This document shows positions 1 through 7,634 of a DNA stretch of 47,033 nucleotides, piece after piece; within the stretch, counting starts at the first letter, position 1, and each line of letters opens with the position of its first letter. A program made the position numbers and the translations under genes. Below the pieces are notes generated by a model. The model ran no database searches and had not been told where the DNA came from. It worked only from the letters and a program-made list of their open reading frames with translations. The stretch lies in IMG/VR virus record IMGVR_UViG_3300027985_000385, positions 1 to 47,033 of that record; one strand, written 5' to 3'. This DNA is from a virus.

Positions 1-144
1 ACCGACACAGAGACCAGGTAGACAATTCCGAATCAACGAGCCTTTCTGGTGCCGAGTACACTGAGCTTCTGACATTCAGGAAGTCGCTTAGAGACCTCCC
101 CGCGCAGGACGTTGACAGCCGCAATTGGGTATGGCCGACCGAAC
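1..144. repeat. Terminal direct repeat, copy 1 (identical to 46890-47033); circular-closure overlap or terminal redundancy
   Basis: First 144 nt match the last 144 nt of the window base for base. Confidence 0.95.
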
Positions 145-173
145 CTGTGTTTATCGAATACAAACCGCTGTAA
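1..173 (+). CDS. 3' end of the junction-spanning tail-fibre-module ORF (starts ATG 46430); tail-fibre assembly/chaperone-like
   Basis: The reading frame of 46430..47033 continues through the overlap to TAA 171-173 (...NWVWPTEPVFIEYKPL*). The full gene is 633 nt (210 aa) on the circular unit. Confidence 0.6.
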   Translation, partial: RHRDQVDNSESTSLSGAEYTELLTFRKSLRDLPAQDVDSRNWVWPTEPVFIEYKPL

Positions 174-182
174 GGAGTTATC

Positions 183-290
183 ATGGCTACTACAAAGAAA
201 CCAGCACCGAAGAAGCAGGCACCCAAGAAGCCTGTCAAGTCGAGTAAGAAACCTGGAAAGAGCATGCGTAGACCTAACGGAGCGCGGTAG
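183..290 (+). CDS. Small Lys/Pro-rich basic protein (35 aa)
   Basis: Not in the ORF track (<60 aa). AAGGAG at 172-177 lies 5 nt before ATG 183. Sequence MATTKKPAPKKQAPKKPVKSSKKPGKSMRRPNGAR. TAG 288-290 abuts ATG 291. Confidence 0.45.
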   Translation: MATTKKPAPKKQAPKKPVKSSKKPGKSMRRPNGAR

Positions 291-1034
291 ATGTTCATTA
301 TCTTGGCGATAGTATACCTCATGATTGACGTTATCGCTCCGACACTTCTCGGTGATATTGGAGAATGGACGCAATGGAACATGCAGCAGGCTCAGATTGC
401 TATGCTTGCCGTGTTGGGGTGGATGTCTGCCAAGAGTGCGTCTCCGAAGAGAACAGCAGTTATGACGGTACTGATGGTCCAGTCTGTGTGGATTTTGTGC
501 ACGGACTGGGCCATTTCGTATGTTCCAGAAGCCATATCAGTATCCGAGGGAGCAGTGTTCTTTGCCCTACTTGTATGGGCATTCATGCGACCGTACGAGT
601 ATAAAAGCGACCAACTGACAACAGACACGGTGTGCTTGCTATTCTACAAGGCTAACGGGGGCAGCTTCCTAATGCATGTCTTCGGTGTGCTTGGGCTTCC
701 TGTTTCGTCTATGAGCGTTGTCGCTGGTGAGTACTGGCTTAAACTTGTTCGTGGTAAGGCGTACTTGCAAAAAGACTTGTCTGTCTGTATAAACGAAAGC
801 AGATACATCATAGTTGATACTGGTATTCCTGTAAGTGAGCACATCCATGGACTATTTAACATGCTTAGGAATGAGCCAGCAAGAACTCCAATGAGTCTTT
901 GGCTTCGACTGCGCTGCATTGCCTCGATAAAGCCCCTTTTGCGCGAACTGGGTGACTATTACGTACCTCGTAATATATTTGAGCAAATACCAGCGATTTA
1001 CTTCTACAAATTTACAGGCGATCGCAGGGGGTAG
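291..1034 (+). CDS. Membrane protein: about 4 N-terminal TM segments plus a soluble C-terminal domain, function unknown
   Basis: 247-aa ORF coupled to the upstream small ORF (TAGATG). Hydrophobic segments in the first ~110 aa. Confidence 0.7.
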   Translation: MFIILAIVYLMIDVIAPTLLGDIGEWTQWNMQQAQIAMLAVLGWMSAKSASPKRTAVMTVLMVQSVWILCTDWAISYVPEAISVSEGAVFFALLVWAFMRPYEYKSDQLTTDTVCLLFYKANGGSFLMHVFGVLGLPVSSMSVVAGEYWLKLVRGKAYLQKDLSVCINESRYIIVDTGIPVSEHIHGLFNMLRNEPARTPMSLWLRLRCIASIKPLLRELGDYYVPRNIFEQIPAIYFYKFTGDRRG

Positions 1035-1038
1035 CCGC

Positions 1039-1356
1039 ATGGAGTGTCGCAGCATGTCAGAAGAACGGCTGGCCCAAGAGATCATTGACAGGCTGATGCC
1101 TGCTGTTGAGGAGAAGCTTGTCAACGCGAAGAAGCACCACATTGAAGAGGTCTTCAAGGGACTTATGGAAAAATATGGATTTGATGTAAATAATCCCCTT
1201 GAGTCTCAGAAAGACCAAGCGCATAACCGTGCTTCTAGGATCGCAAGCGAAAGCTTTATCCTCAGGCTCAAAATGAAGAGCGCGGATTACCTCGTCGCCG
1301 CAGGAATGGGGGGACTTGCAGCGTATCTACTTTCCCAAGGGCACAAATTGCCTTGA
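1039..1356 (+). CDS. Hypothetical tail-anchored protein (C-terminal TM)
   Basis: Track ORF 952..1356 trimmed to ATG 1039, the first ATG after the upstream stop, with a purine-rich AGGGGG at 1026-1031. C-terminal segment ADYLVAAGMGGLAAYLL. ATG 1054 is an alternative start. Confidence 0.55.
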   Translation: MECRSMSEERLAQEIIDRLMPAVEEKLVNAKKHHIEEVFKGLMEKYGFDVNNPLESQKDQAHNRASRIASESFILRLKMKSADYLVAAGMGGLAAYLLSQGHKLP

Positions 1357-1382
1357 TTTGTATGCACGACATGCTGTATATT
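1353..1382 (+). promoter_or_regulatory. Candidate sigma70-type promoter for a leaderless RHH gene
   Basis: TTGATT (1353-1358), 18-nt spacer, TATATT (1377-1382). ATG 1389 lies 7 nt after the -10 box and has no Shine-Dalgarno. Confidence 0.35.
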
Positions 1383-1388
1383 TAACAG

Positions 1389-1604
1389 ATGAAGAACACG
1401 AAAAAGTTAACCGTTCCAGTATCTCTAGACATTGACAACAAGCTCGACGCGTATTGCAAGCGTAAGGGAACAACTAAAAACGCAGCGACTAGAAAGGCAA
1501 TCGAGAACATGCTTTTGGCTGACGCATACCTTCTCGAAGTAGCACGTATCGCACATTCAGAGTCAAAAAGTAACACGAAACTTGACACTGGTGACACGAT
1601 GTGA
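1389..1604 (+). CDS. Ribbon-helix-helix (CopG/Arc/MetJ-like) DNA-binding protein
   Basis: 71 aa. KLTVPVSLDIDNKLDAYCKRKGTTKNAATRKAIENML fits a beta-strand/helix/helix RHH pattern. Confidence 0.7.
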   Translation: MKNTKKLTVPVSLDIDNKLDAYCKRKGTTKNAATRKAIENMLLADAYLLEVARIAHSESKSNTKLDTGDTM

Positions 1605-1699
1605 GACAAGGCATTTGCGGGGATAGGAACGCGCAACCGAAAAAGAAGGGTGAACCTCTGCACATCCTTCCTTCCCCGTTCAACTAACAAAGCAGAGCA

Positions 1700-1746
1700 A
1701 AGCACCCACGGTGAGCAGAGCACTCTAAATGGGTGCTTTTTCTTTT
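1700..1746 (+). terminator. Candidate intrinsic terminator
   Basis: AAGCACCCA (1700-1708) pairs with TGGGTGCTT (1730-1738), followed by a T-rich run. The loop is long (21 nt). Confidence 0.45.
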
Positions 1747-1758
1747 ATAGGAGTTCAC

Positions 1759-2523
1759 ATGCTTACAGCTACAGAGAACAGGCAGGTTGGGTTTCCGTAT
1801 TCGATGCTTGCAGCTGCCGGAGCAATTAATGGAGTCTCAATAGTCAAGAAATTTGGCTTCAACCTTAGCGTAACCTCTCAGGCAACCATTTGGGATGAGG
1901 GCGGATTGTATGTGTATCCTGCTTCTGCAACAGTTATGCAGGCGGCATCAACAGACGTAGACGACACAGCGCTAGGAACTGGTGCAAGAACTATTCGTAT
2001 CGTTGGGCTAGATGAAAACTGGCTTGATTCATATGAAGATGTAGCATTGAATGGACAGACTCCAGTTGCTACAACAAAGCAGTTTATCCGCGTATTCAGA
2101 GCAAATGTGCTATCATCTGGAGCTTCTGGAGGTTCAGAGGGAAACATTTACATTGGAACAGGCACATTCACTGCTGGTGTTCCTGTAAATAAGTATGCAA
2201 GGATCACCGATGGTAACAATCAAACACTGATGGCAATCTATTCAGTACCAGCAGACAAGGTTGCGTTCATCTCAGATTACTACAGCAACTCAGGAAAGAG
2301 CGGAGAGGTGACGGTTGACTCGTTTGTCAGGTCTTTTGGAGGCGTTTTCCAAAACAAGCGGAAAGTTAGTATTTTTGAGAGCACATTCTACTTTCCTAAT
2401 AGATTTCCGTTCTACCTTGAACCAAAAACAGACGTTGAGGTAAGGGCAGCATCTAGCGTCGGCACACCGATCTCCGCAGGGTTTGACATGATGCTTGTGG
2501 ATAAAGATAAGCTGTTCTCATAG
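1759..2523 (+). CDS. Hypothetical beta-rich protein (possible virion or host-interaction protein)
   Basis: Track ORF 1729..2523 trimmed to ATG 1759, 5 nt after AGGAG (1749-1753). Gly/Ser/Thr-rich with no TM segment. Sits between the tail-fibre genes and the holin. Confidence 0.7.
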   Translation: MLTATENRQVGFPYSMLAAAGAINGVSIVKKFGFNLSVTSQATIWDEGGLYVYPASATVMQAASTDVDDTALGTGARTIRIVGLDENWLDSYEDVALNGQTPVATTKQFIRVFRANVLSSGASGGSEGNIYIGTGTFTAGVPVNKYARITDGNNQTLMAIYSVPADKVAFISDYYSNSGKSGEVTVDSFVRSFGGVFQNKRKVSIFESTFYFPNRFPFYLEPKTDVEVRAASSVGTPISAGFDMMLVDKDKLFS

Positions 2524-2604
2524 AATCATATCTCCAATACAGCCCTTGCAAAGTGCGTGATGAACGGATATCGTTTGTCACGCACTTTTTGTGGAGGAAA
2601 CAAT

Positions 2605-3036
2605 ATGGGACTTCTAGACATTTTCAGTTCAGGTGCTAGCGGAGCAGTTGAAGGCGCTGTAAAAGGCGTTGGGTCAATTCTTGATAACTTATTCACGTCT
2701 GACGAGGAACGCTTGCAGGCTGCCGAGCGGATGAAGCTCATCGAGATGAAGCCTCAAGAGGCCCAGTGGCAGACCAACCAAATTGAGGCGGCGCATCGTT
2801 CCGTGTTTGTTGCTGGATGGCGTCCGGCTATTGGTTGGGTATGTGCAGCATCGCTTGCCTCTTACTACATCCCTCAATATGTCCTTGGTGCTGTCCTATG
2901 GGTGTCAGAGTGCTGGAAGGCCGGGCATCTAACTGCGTTCCCTCTTGAAATTAAGGGAATCACTGAACTTGTTATGGGGATGCTTGGTCTTGCGGGGATG
3001 AGAACATTTGAGAAGACTAAGGGGATAAGTAAATGA
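2605..3036 (+). CDS. Holin, GTA-type 3-TM family-like
   Basis: GGAGG (2593-2597) lies 7 nt before ATG 2605. Has the motif ...HRSVFVAGWRPAIGWVCAA... and hydrophobic segments. Overlaps the endolysin start by 4 nt. Confidence 0.7.
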   Translation: MGLLDIFSSGASGAVEGAVKGVGSILDNLFTSDEERLQAAERMKLIEMKPQEAQWQTNQIEAAHRSVFVAGWRPAIGWVCAASLASYYIPQYVLGAVLWVSECWKAGHLTAFPLEIKGITELVMGMLGLAGMRTFEKTKGISK

Positions 3037-3458
3037 CATACAAGTTCGGAGCATCCAGCTTAGCTAGGTTGCAGCAGTGCGACACGCGCTTACAACAAAT
3101 CATGCACGCCGCCATAGCAAATAGCAAGGTTGATTTCGGTATTTCAGAAGGTCACCGGGACGAAGCCACCCAGAATCGGTATTATGCAGATGGAAAGAGC
3201 AAGGTGCAGTGGCCAAGCGGGAAGCACAACCAGTTTCCGTCTGAGGCTGTGGACGTAGTGGCTTATGTGAACGGAAAGCCTAATTTCACTATGCCATATT
3301 ATATCTACCTGTATGGATTGTTTACCATGGCAGCGCACGCGATATTTCCTGACGTTTCTATTCGGTCCGGACTCGATTGGGACCAAGACGGAGAGATCAT
3401 GACTGACCAGACGTTCAACGACGGTTGCCATTTTGAGTTGTCGAAGAGAAACAGGTAG
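3033..3458 (+). CDS. Endolysin, peptidase M15 (VanY / L-Ala-D-Glu peptidase-like)
   Basis: 141 aa with EGHRDEATQ, SKHNQFPSEAVDV and DGCHFEL, the H/D/H zinc-ligand pattern of M15 peptidases. Confidence 0.88.
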   Translation: MTYKFGASSLARLQQCDTRLQQIMHAAIANSKVDFGISEGHRDEATQNRYYADGKSKVQWPSGKHNQFPSEAVDVVAYVNGKPNFTMPYYIYLYGLFTMAAHAIFPDVSIRSGLDWDQDGEIMTDQTFNDGCHFELSKRNR

Positions 3459-3525
3459 GGAGTTAAGCGTTTAGCTACAATCGCTGCTATCAAGAATGAA
3501 TGTATCTCTGGTCCACAATAACATA

Positions 3526-3554
3526 TTGACAGCAAGCATGTTGTAGCATATTTT
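3526..3554 (+). promoter_or_regulatory. Orphan sigma70-type promoter candidate in a convergent intergenic region
   Basis: TTGACA (3526-3531), 17-nt spacer, TATTTT (3549-3554). No ORF with an RBS lies downstream. Confidence 0.35.
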
Positions 3555-3597
3555 CAAAATACCTCATAGAGACTCCCACGAAGCACTCACCTCCCAT

Positions 3598-3651
3598 CTT
3601 CCGTACCGCACCGGAAGAGATAGCCCCCTTTCTTTCGATTGGGGGCTATCG
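3598..3651. terminator. Two adjacent hairpins at a convergent operon boundary (candidate bidirectional terminator)
   Basis: CTTCCG/CGGAAG (3598-3603 with 3613-3618) and a perfect 10-bp stem GATAGCCCCC/GGGGGCTATC (3620-3629 with 3642-3651). No clear U-tract on either strand. Confidence 0.45.
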
Positions 3652-3653
3652 TC

Positions 3654-3869
3654 TTACCTCATGATCTTTAGATCAATTGGTACACACACCGATGTCATTT
3701 TCACCATGCCTTGCTCAATCAAAAGCTGCGCTGGGTCGTCTCGCAACTCTTTTGCCAAATCCAAGCATTCTTTCTTACTGATATTCATGGCGATTGGCTT
3801 AATGTCGATCTCTAGTCCGTTTTGTGGTGCTGCTGACATGAATATTGCTATGAGCACGTATTTAATCAT
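3654..3869 (-). CDS. Small secreted or membrane-anchored protein (N-terminal signal-like segment)
   Basis: 71-aa ORF starting MIKYVLIAIFMSAAP... Last gene of the leftward operon. Confidence 0.6.
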   Translation of the reverse strand: MIKYVLIAIFMSAAPQNGLEIDIKPIAMNISKKECLDLAKELRDDPAQLLIEQGMVKMTSVCVPIDLKIMR

Positions 3870-3877
3870 ATTTTCTC

Positions 3878-4060
3878 TTACCCTTTATCGTTAAGCCATT
3901 CCACGCCGCGCACATACACAGTGTCGTATCTTGGATCAGGTTGTTGGCACTGTTCACCCTGCTCCCTCTCGCGCTTGCGTTCTCGACGGGCGCGGAGCCT
4001 CTTGCGCAGTACCTGGCGCTGGTAGTTGAGGCGGGTGTCGGTTGGGGTTGGGTTGGTCAT
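3878..4060 (-). CDS. Small Arg/Lys/Glu-rich basic protein
   Basis: 60 aa. AAGGGGG lies 7 nt upstream of the ATG. ATGA overlap with the stop of the upstream gene. Confidence 0.55.
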   Translation of the reverse strand: MTNPTPTDTRLNYQRQVLRKRLRARRERKREREQGEQCQQPDPRYDTVYVRGVEWLNDKG

Positions 4061-4383
4061 ATTTCAACCCCCTTGAATGCGAGGTAAGCGCGGCAGATTG
4101 CATCCGGCATCGTAGCCCCTTCACCATCAGCGATCATTTGTTCATATACCTCATCAACGGAATATATCGAGACGTAGTGCATCCCATCAGGCCACGCCTG
4201 TATTTCAACCCTGCACCCGGCTGCGGTGATATCGGATTCGAGTTCGAGCGCCGCGTTCATGTCGCTGGCGTAGGGCCTTGGTTTTTCACCATACCAATTT
4301 TCGTCGATCTTGAAGTATCCAAGGTCAGCGTCCTTCTCCCCTCTCGCCTCAGCCACTCGTGCAGAAAGTTCATCGTTGGTCAT
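4057..4383 (-). CDS. Phage ABA-sandwich-domain-like protein (paralog 1 of 3)
   Basis: Track ORF trimmed to MTNDELSARVAE..., with GGAG 7 nt upstream. N-terminus and the YASDMNAALEL motif are shared with 25707..26072. Confidence 0.65.
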   Translation of the reverse strand: MTNDELSARVAEARGEKDADLGYFKIDENWYGEKPRPYASDMNAALELESDITAAGCRVEIQAWPDGMHYVSIYSVDEVYEQMIADGEGATMPDAICRAYLAFKGVEI

Positions 4384-4909
4384 GGGCAGGCTCCTTGCTG
4401 TTGGTGCCGTATATCTTTTTGAGGTATCCAAGCTGGTGGAGCCGTCTGAGCGCAGAGCACATCATGTCCGCCTCGTTCTGCTTGTTCCATTCATCCTGCG
4501 GCAGTGGAGAGAGCACCACCCTTACGCTCTTGGGGGTGCAGTAGAGCAGGCCCCAGCCTGCAGAGAGTTCTCCGGGCCTGATGAGATCTTCGGGGCACAT
4601 CATGTAGCGGTACATCCCCATTCCGGCACCCTGTCTGCGGCGGTAATGCTTCTTCCCGTCCGCGAGGAAGTCCGCACGGGAAACCTTGCATTCGATGAGA
4701 TGGGACTGACCTTCGCGCCATCCGATTGCGTCCGGCCTCTCCATGGCAATCGTTGTCAGGTCACGCAGGACGAAAGAGCACCTGCAGGAGTTGAGCAGCC
4801 AGCGTTCTGCGCGAATGCACAGGTCATGATGAGACATAGGCCCCTTGTCGATGGGGCGGCGCGTCTTCGGCTTGGCGTCCGCAACACGATTGCGATTGAC
4901 TACAGCCAT
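4370..4909 (-). CDS. PD-(D/E)xK nuclease-fold protein (MmcB-like)
   Basis: 179 aa. GGGAGGGGAG RBS. RPDAIGW...LIECKVSRADF fits a D...ExK catalytic core. Confidence 0.65.
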   Translation of the reverse strand: MAVVNRNRVADAKPKTRRPIDKGPMSHHDLCIRAERWLLNSCRCSFVLRDLTTIAMERPDAIGWREGQSHLIECKVSRADFLADGKKHYRRRQGAGMGMYRYMMCPEDLIRPGELSAGWGLLYCTPKSVRVVLSPLPQDEWNKQNEADMMCSALRRLHQLGYLKKIYGTNSKEPAHDQR

Positions 4910-4911
4910 GT

Positions 4912-5193
4912 TTACTCCCCTCCCGCGTTGCGCTGTGCGGATTGTTCACAATCTAATATCCGTGCGAGCTTGTTAAACTCATAATCTTTAGTTTTTTCAT
5001 TGTACAACCTCCAGTTAAAACACCTATCACCATTGTTGTCACAATAGCACATATCTTTATCAATGCGGGTAACAGTTCCCCAAAAGAAGCTGTTTACACT
5101 TTCAATAGAAAACCCTTCGTTGCATATTTTTTTATATCCATCTTCGGTCGGGAAAAATATTAAGTCTCCAATTTTTGGTTTTCTGTTAAGCAT
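4912..5193 (-). CDS. Hypothetical protein (AT-rich island)
   Basis: 93-aa ORF, visibly lower in GC than its flanks. Confidence 0.55.
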   Translation of the reverse strand: MLNRKPKIGDLIFFPTEDGYKKICNEGFSIESVNSFFWGTVTRIDKDMCYCDNNGDRCFNWRLYNEKTKDYEFNKLARILDCEQSAQRNAGGE

Positions 5194-5519
5194 TCTGCAC
5201 TTCCTTTAACGGCATACTCAAAATCATCGCTTCCATAGCCAGCAACATACCGCCTAAAACGTAATGTTCTGTCATAAATATCGGAACCATGAATGCAACT
5301 TCTGTAGCCAGGTGATATACAAAGAACGGAATGGAATACTTGGGCCTTGGTTTACACTGTCTGGCGGCAACAATAACACTGAAAAATAAGATGAATATCG
5401 TGCCCCTGACAATCCATTCCGCCCATGTGTTACCGTTGAAGCAAAATTCCCAGATTACCCAGAAAACAAAACAATCCAGAGCGACAATCGCTGCGAGCTT
5501 TGATCTTTTATTTTCCATC
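5186..5519 (-). CDS. Hypothetical multi-pass membrane protein (AT-rich island)
   Basis: Track ORF trimmed to MMENKRSK, with GAGGAGG just upstream. 3-4 hydrophobic segments. Confidence 0.6.
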
Positions 5520-5520
5520 A

Positions 5521-5697
5521 TCACCTCCTCACATTCTTCCGCCACCAGTCGCGGACCTGTTCACGAAACGGGCATTCGCGGACGGAATGCAACTCCTTAG
5601 CCGTACCTGTCTTTCCTTGCCACGCATAGCCGTAACACTTTCCGAACTGGGTGCATGGGAGATTGGCGTGGGTGTCGCATGGTTTAGGGGTTGGCAT
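5521..5697 (-). CDS. Small Cys-containing hypothetical protein
   Basis: Track ORF trimmed to MPTPKPCD..., with GGAGG 5 nt upstream. Confidence 0.5.
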   Translation of the reverse strand: MPTPKPCDTHANLPCTQFGKCYGYAWQGKTGTAKELHSVRECPFREQVRDWWRKNVRR

Positions 5698-6004
5698 GGT
5701 TGTCCTCCTTGCGCTCATTGTCTTCGCGCACAAGCCGCGCAATATATCTGCTCCTCGGCTCCTTGGTATGCTTGTAGTTGTCGTCTATCATGCGTACGAT
5801 ATTCATAGGCATGGTAAACCCAACCTTACACGACGAGTTGTCCCATGTGGCGCTTGATTTCTTTTTCTCCATGAAGCAAGGTATGCTGAGTGAATTTCTT
5901 TTTTTGTGAACGGTACTGAGACAGCATCCTATGATTTTTGCCAACTCGCGATCTGCCATTGTACCCAACAGGTTTTGATAACGGTCCCAGTCTATCCAAC
6001 CCAC
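5684..6004 (-). CDS. DNA-binding protein: N-terminal HTH-like region plus C-terminal RHH-like module
   Basis: GTG start with GGAGGAG 7 nt upstream. The C-terminus FTMPMNIVRMIDDNYKHTKEPRSRYIARLVREDNERK is RHH-like and has a paralogous copy at 18318-18410. Confidence 0.6.
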   Translation of the reverse strand: MGWIDWDRYQNLLGTMADRELAKIIGCCLSTVHKKRNSLSIPCFMEKKKSSATWDNSSCKVGFTMPMNIVRMIDDNYKHTKEPRSRYIARLVREDNERKEDNHANP

Positions 6005-6006
6005 AA

Positions 6007-6351
6007 CTATTCTCCTCCAGGCTGATCGTATTCCTTACCCCTGAACCGCAGACACGTAACCACGACATCAAGGGCTTCGTCGTCTTGTCGGTCTTCGGAT
6101 TCGTCAAAAAAAGCTATCATCAGTTCGCCGCCTTCATCCTCTATCGCGTCAAAACTTCCTCGCCGACTTCCGCCATTATCTGGATGCTTCGTCCGTGCAT
6201 GGACAAGGCGCTCGGCAATGGCGATAACCTCGGACTCGCCTATAATCTCACACGCCTTCATAACCCGATTGAAACAAGCCCCCCCGTCAAGAGTGTTATT
6301 GGGACATGCCATCTCTCCGATATACACACATTCCTCTCCGCATTTGACCAT
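6007..6351 (-). CDS. Hypothetical acidic protein (possibly MazG-like NTP-pyrophosphohydrolase fold)
   Basis: Track ORF trimmed to MVKCGEEC..., with AGGAG 7 nt upstream. The functional guess is weak. Confidence 0.5.
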   Translation of the reverse strand: MVKCGEECVYIGEMACPNNTLDGGACFNRVMKACEIIGESEVIAIAERLVHARTKHPDNGGSRRGSFDAIEDEGGELMIAFFDESEDRQDDEALDVVVTCLRFRGKEYDQPGGE

Positions 6352-6355
6352 GTTT

Positions 6356-6889
6356 CTACTCCTGTCCGAACATGTACTCGCGCATTGCATCTTGTGCCTC
6401 ATCGCATCCTCTGCATACATACACAGCGTATCCTGCATTCTGTAGCATAGCAATCATCTCTCGCTGCTCCTTGCTGACAACTCCGCCCTTTGTGCGTTTC
6501 ATCTCGATAAACAGACCGTGATACTTTCCGCGCGGAGTTGTCAGCATCAAATCTGGCACCCCAGGCTTGACGCCCTCAGCCTTCAAATCTACCGCTGTTT
6601 TCTTGCTGCGCTTGCCGCCGTTTGGAATGGCAAACAGCATGGCGAACACATCAGGCTGTAAATTCTGCCTAGCCCACTTGATAAACTCGACCTGTTCCTC
6701 ATGCTCTGTCGGAACGGCTTTTTTTCTATTCTGAGGCTTCGAAAAGTCTTCACCCATACTACGAGTCGCGTTTGCGACCTTATTCAATCCTGAGCCAATC
6801 TGGTGCAAGGAATTCACATTCCTAGCCTCGCGCTCCATCCATTTTTTAAGCCCACCCGCTACGTGGATATCTGAAACTGGTATGTTCAT
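6356..6889 (-). CDS. VRR-NUC domain nuclease
   Basis: EHEEQVEFIKWA...FAIPNGG...GVPDLML...GLFIEMKRTKG..S.EQ pattern. Confidence 0.82.
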   Translation of the reverse strand: MNIPVSDIHVAGGLKKWMEREARNVNSLHQIGSGLNKVANATRSMGEDFSKPQNRKKAVPTEHEEQVEFIKWARQNLQPDVFAMLFAIPNGGKRSKKTAVDLKAEGVKPGVPDLMLTTPRGKYHGLFIEMKRTKGGVVSKEQREMIAMLQNAGYAVYVCRGCDEAQDAMREYMFGQE

Positions 6890-7365
6890 TTCACCTCCGG
6901 CTTATAAAACGTCATCCAGTGAGTTTTCAGGTTGTGCGTAGTGGTGTGGCCGAAAAGCGGCCGCTGCGGAAAACATGCGAGCACATCGCGCAGCTTGATT
7001 TGCGTTTCATTCCACTTGAAGATGAGTGTTCCTCCGGGGCGCAGGACTCGCCAACACTCAGCGAACCCTTTGGACAAGTCCTCGCGCCATGAATCACGAT
7101 TGAGCTTGCCATACTTCTTCGCCTGCCATGACTGGGGACCGGCCTTATCCAGGTGTGGAGGGTCGAAGACGATGAGGTTGAACGACGCATCATCGTGAGG
7201 CATTGACCGGAAGTCGGCGACAAGATCGGGGACAACGTGTAGAGCGCGTCCGTCGCACAAGACATGTTCCTCTTCTCGGCTATCGCAAAACAGAGTGTGC
7301 TGGTCATGTTTGTCGAACCAGAACATGCGGGATCCGCAGCAGGGGTCTAAAACTTCCTTTTTCAT
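6886..7365 (-). CDS. SAM-dependent DNA methyltransferase (N6-adenine/N4-cytosine class)
   Basis: Trimmed to MKKEVLDPCCGS (motif I). FDPPH (DPPY-type motif IV). GGAGAAG RBS. ATGA overlap with the upstream ORF. Confidence 0.82.
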   Translation of the reverse strand: MKKEVLDPCCGSRMFWFDKHDQHTLFCDSREEEHVLCDGRALHVVPDLVADFRSMPHDDASFNLIVFDPPHLDKAGPQSWQAKKYGKLNRDSWREDLSKGFAECWRVLRPGGTLIFKWNETQIKLRDVLACFPQRPLFGHTTTHNLKTHWMTFYKPEVK

Positions 7366-7613
7366 GACTCTTCTCCACTCGCAAACGTCATCTTTTCGAG
7401 CTTGGCGATCTGCTTCTTGAGCGACGCGATTTTCTTGGCACGCATCGCCTCGGCATGGGCGATTGCTGCCTATTCGGTACGGTGCCAGTCTTTGCAACCA
7501 GCGGACTGCCCATACCCACCATTGTTTTTCCAGCACGCAGTTTTTCCAACTATTTTGGCATCAACACATTCAATACCAGTCGTCAGCGCGTACGTCGTTA
7601 TCCACACCTTCAT
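7362..7613 (-). pseudogene. Small phage gene interrupted by an in-frame TAG (pseudogene or read-through candidate)
   Basis: AAGGAG RBS. MKVWITTYALTTGIECVD...KDWHRTE (47 codons), then TAG (7470-7472), then AAIAHAEAMRAKKIASLKKQIAKLEKMTFASGEES in the same frame. The final TGA overlaps the MTase ATG. Confidence 0.5.
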
Positions 7614-7634
7614 TTCTTTTCTCCTTCGTACCTT

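Noticed and set aside
6886-7536. 216-aa version of the methyltransferase ORF with a 57-aa N-terminal extension
   Set aside because: The extension overlaps the RBS-led MKVW… gene in another frame, is Trp/Arg-rich and has no RBS. MKKEVLDPCCGS with a GGAGAAG RBS is a natural MTase start.
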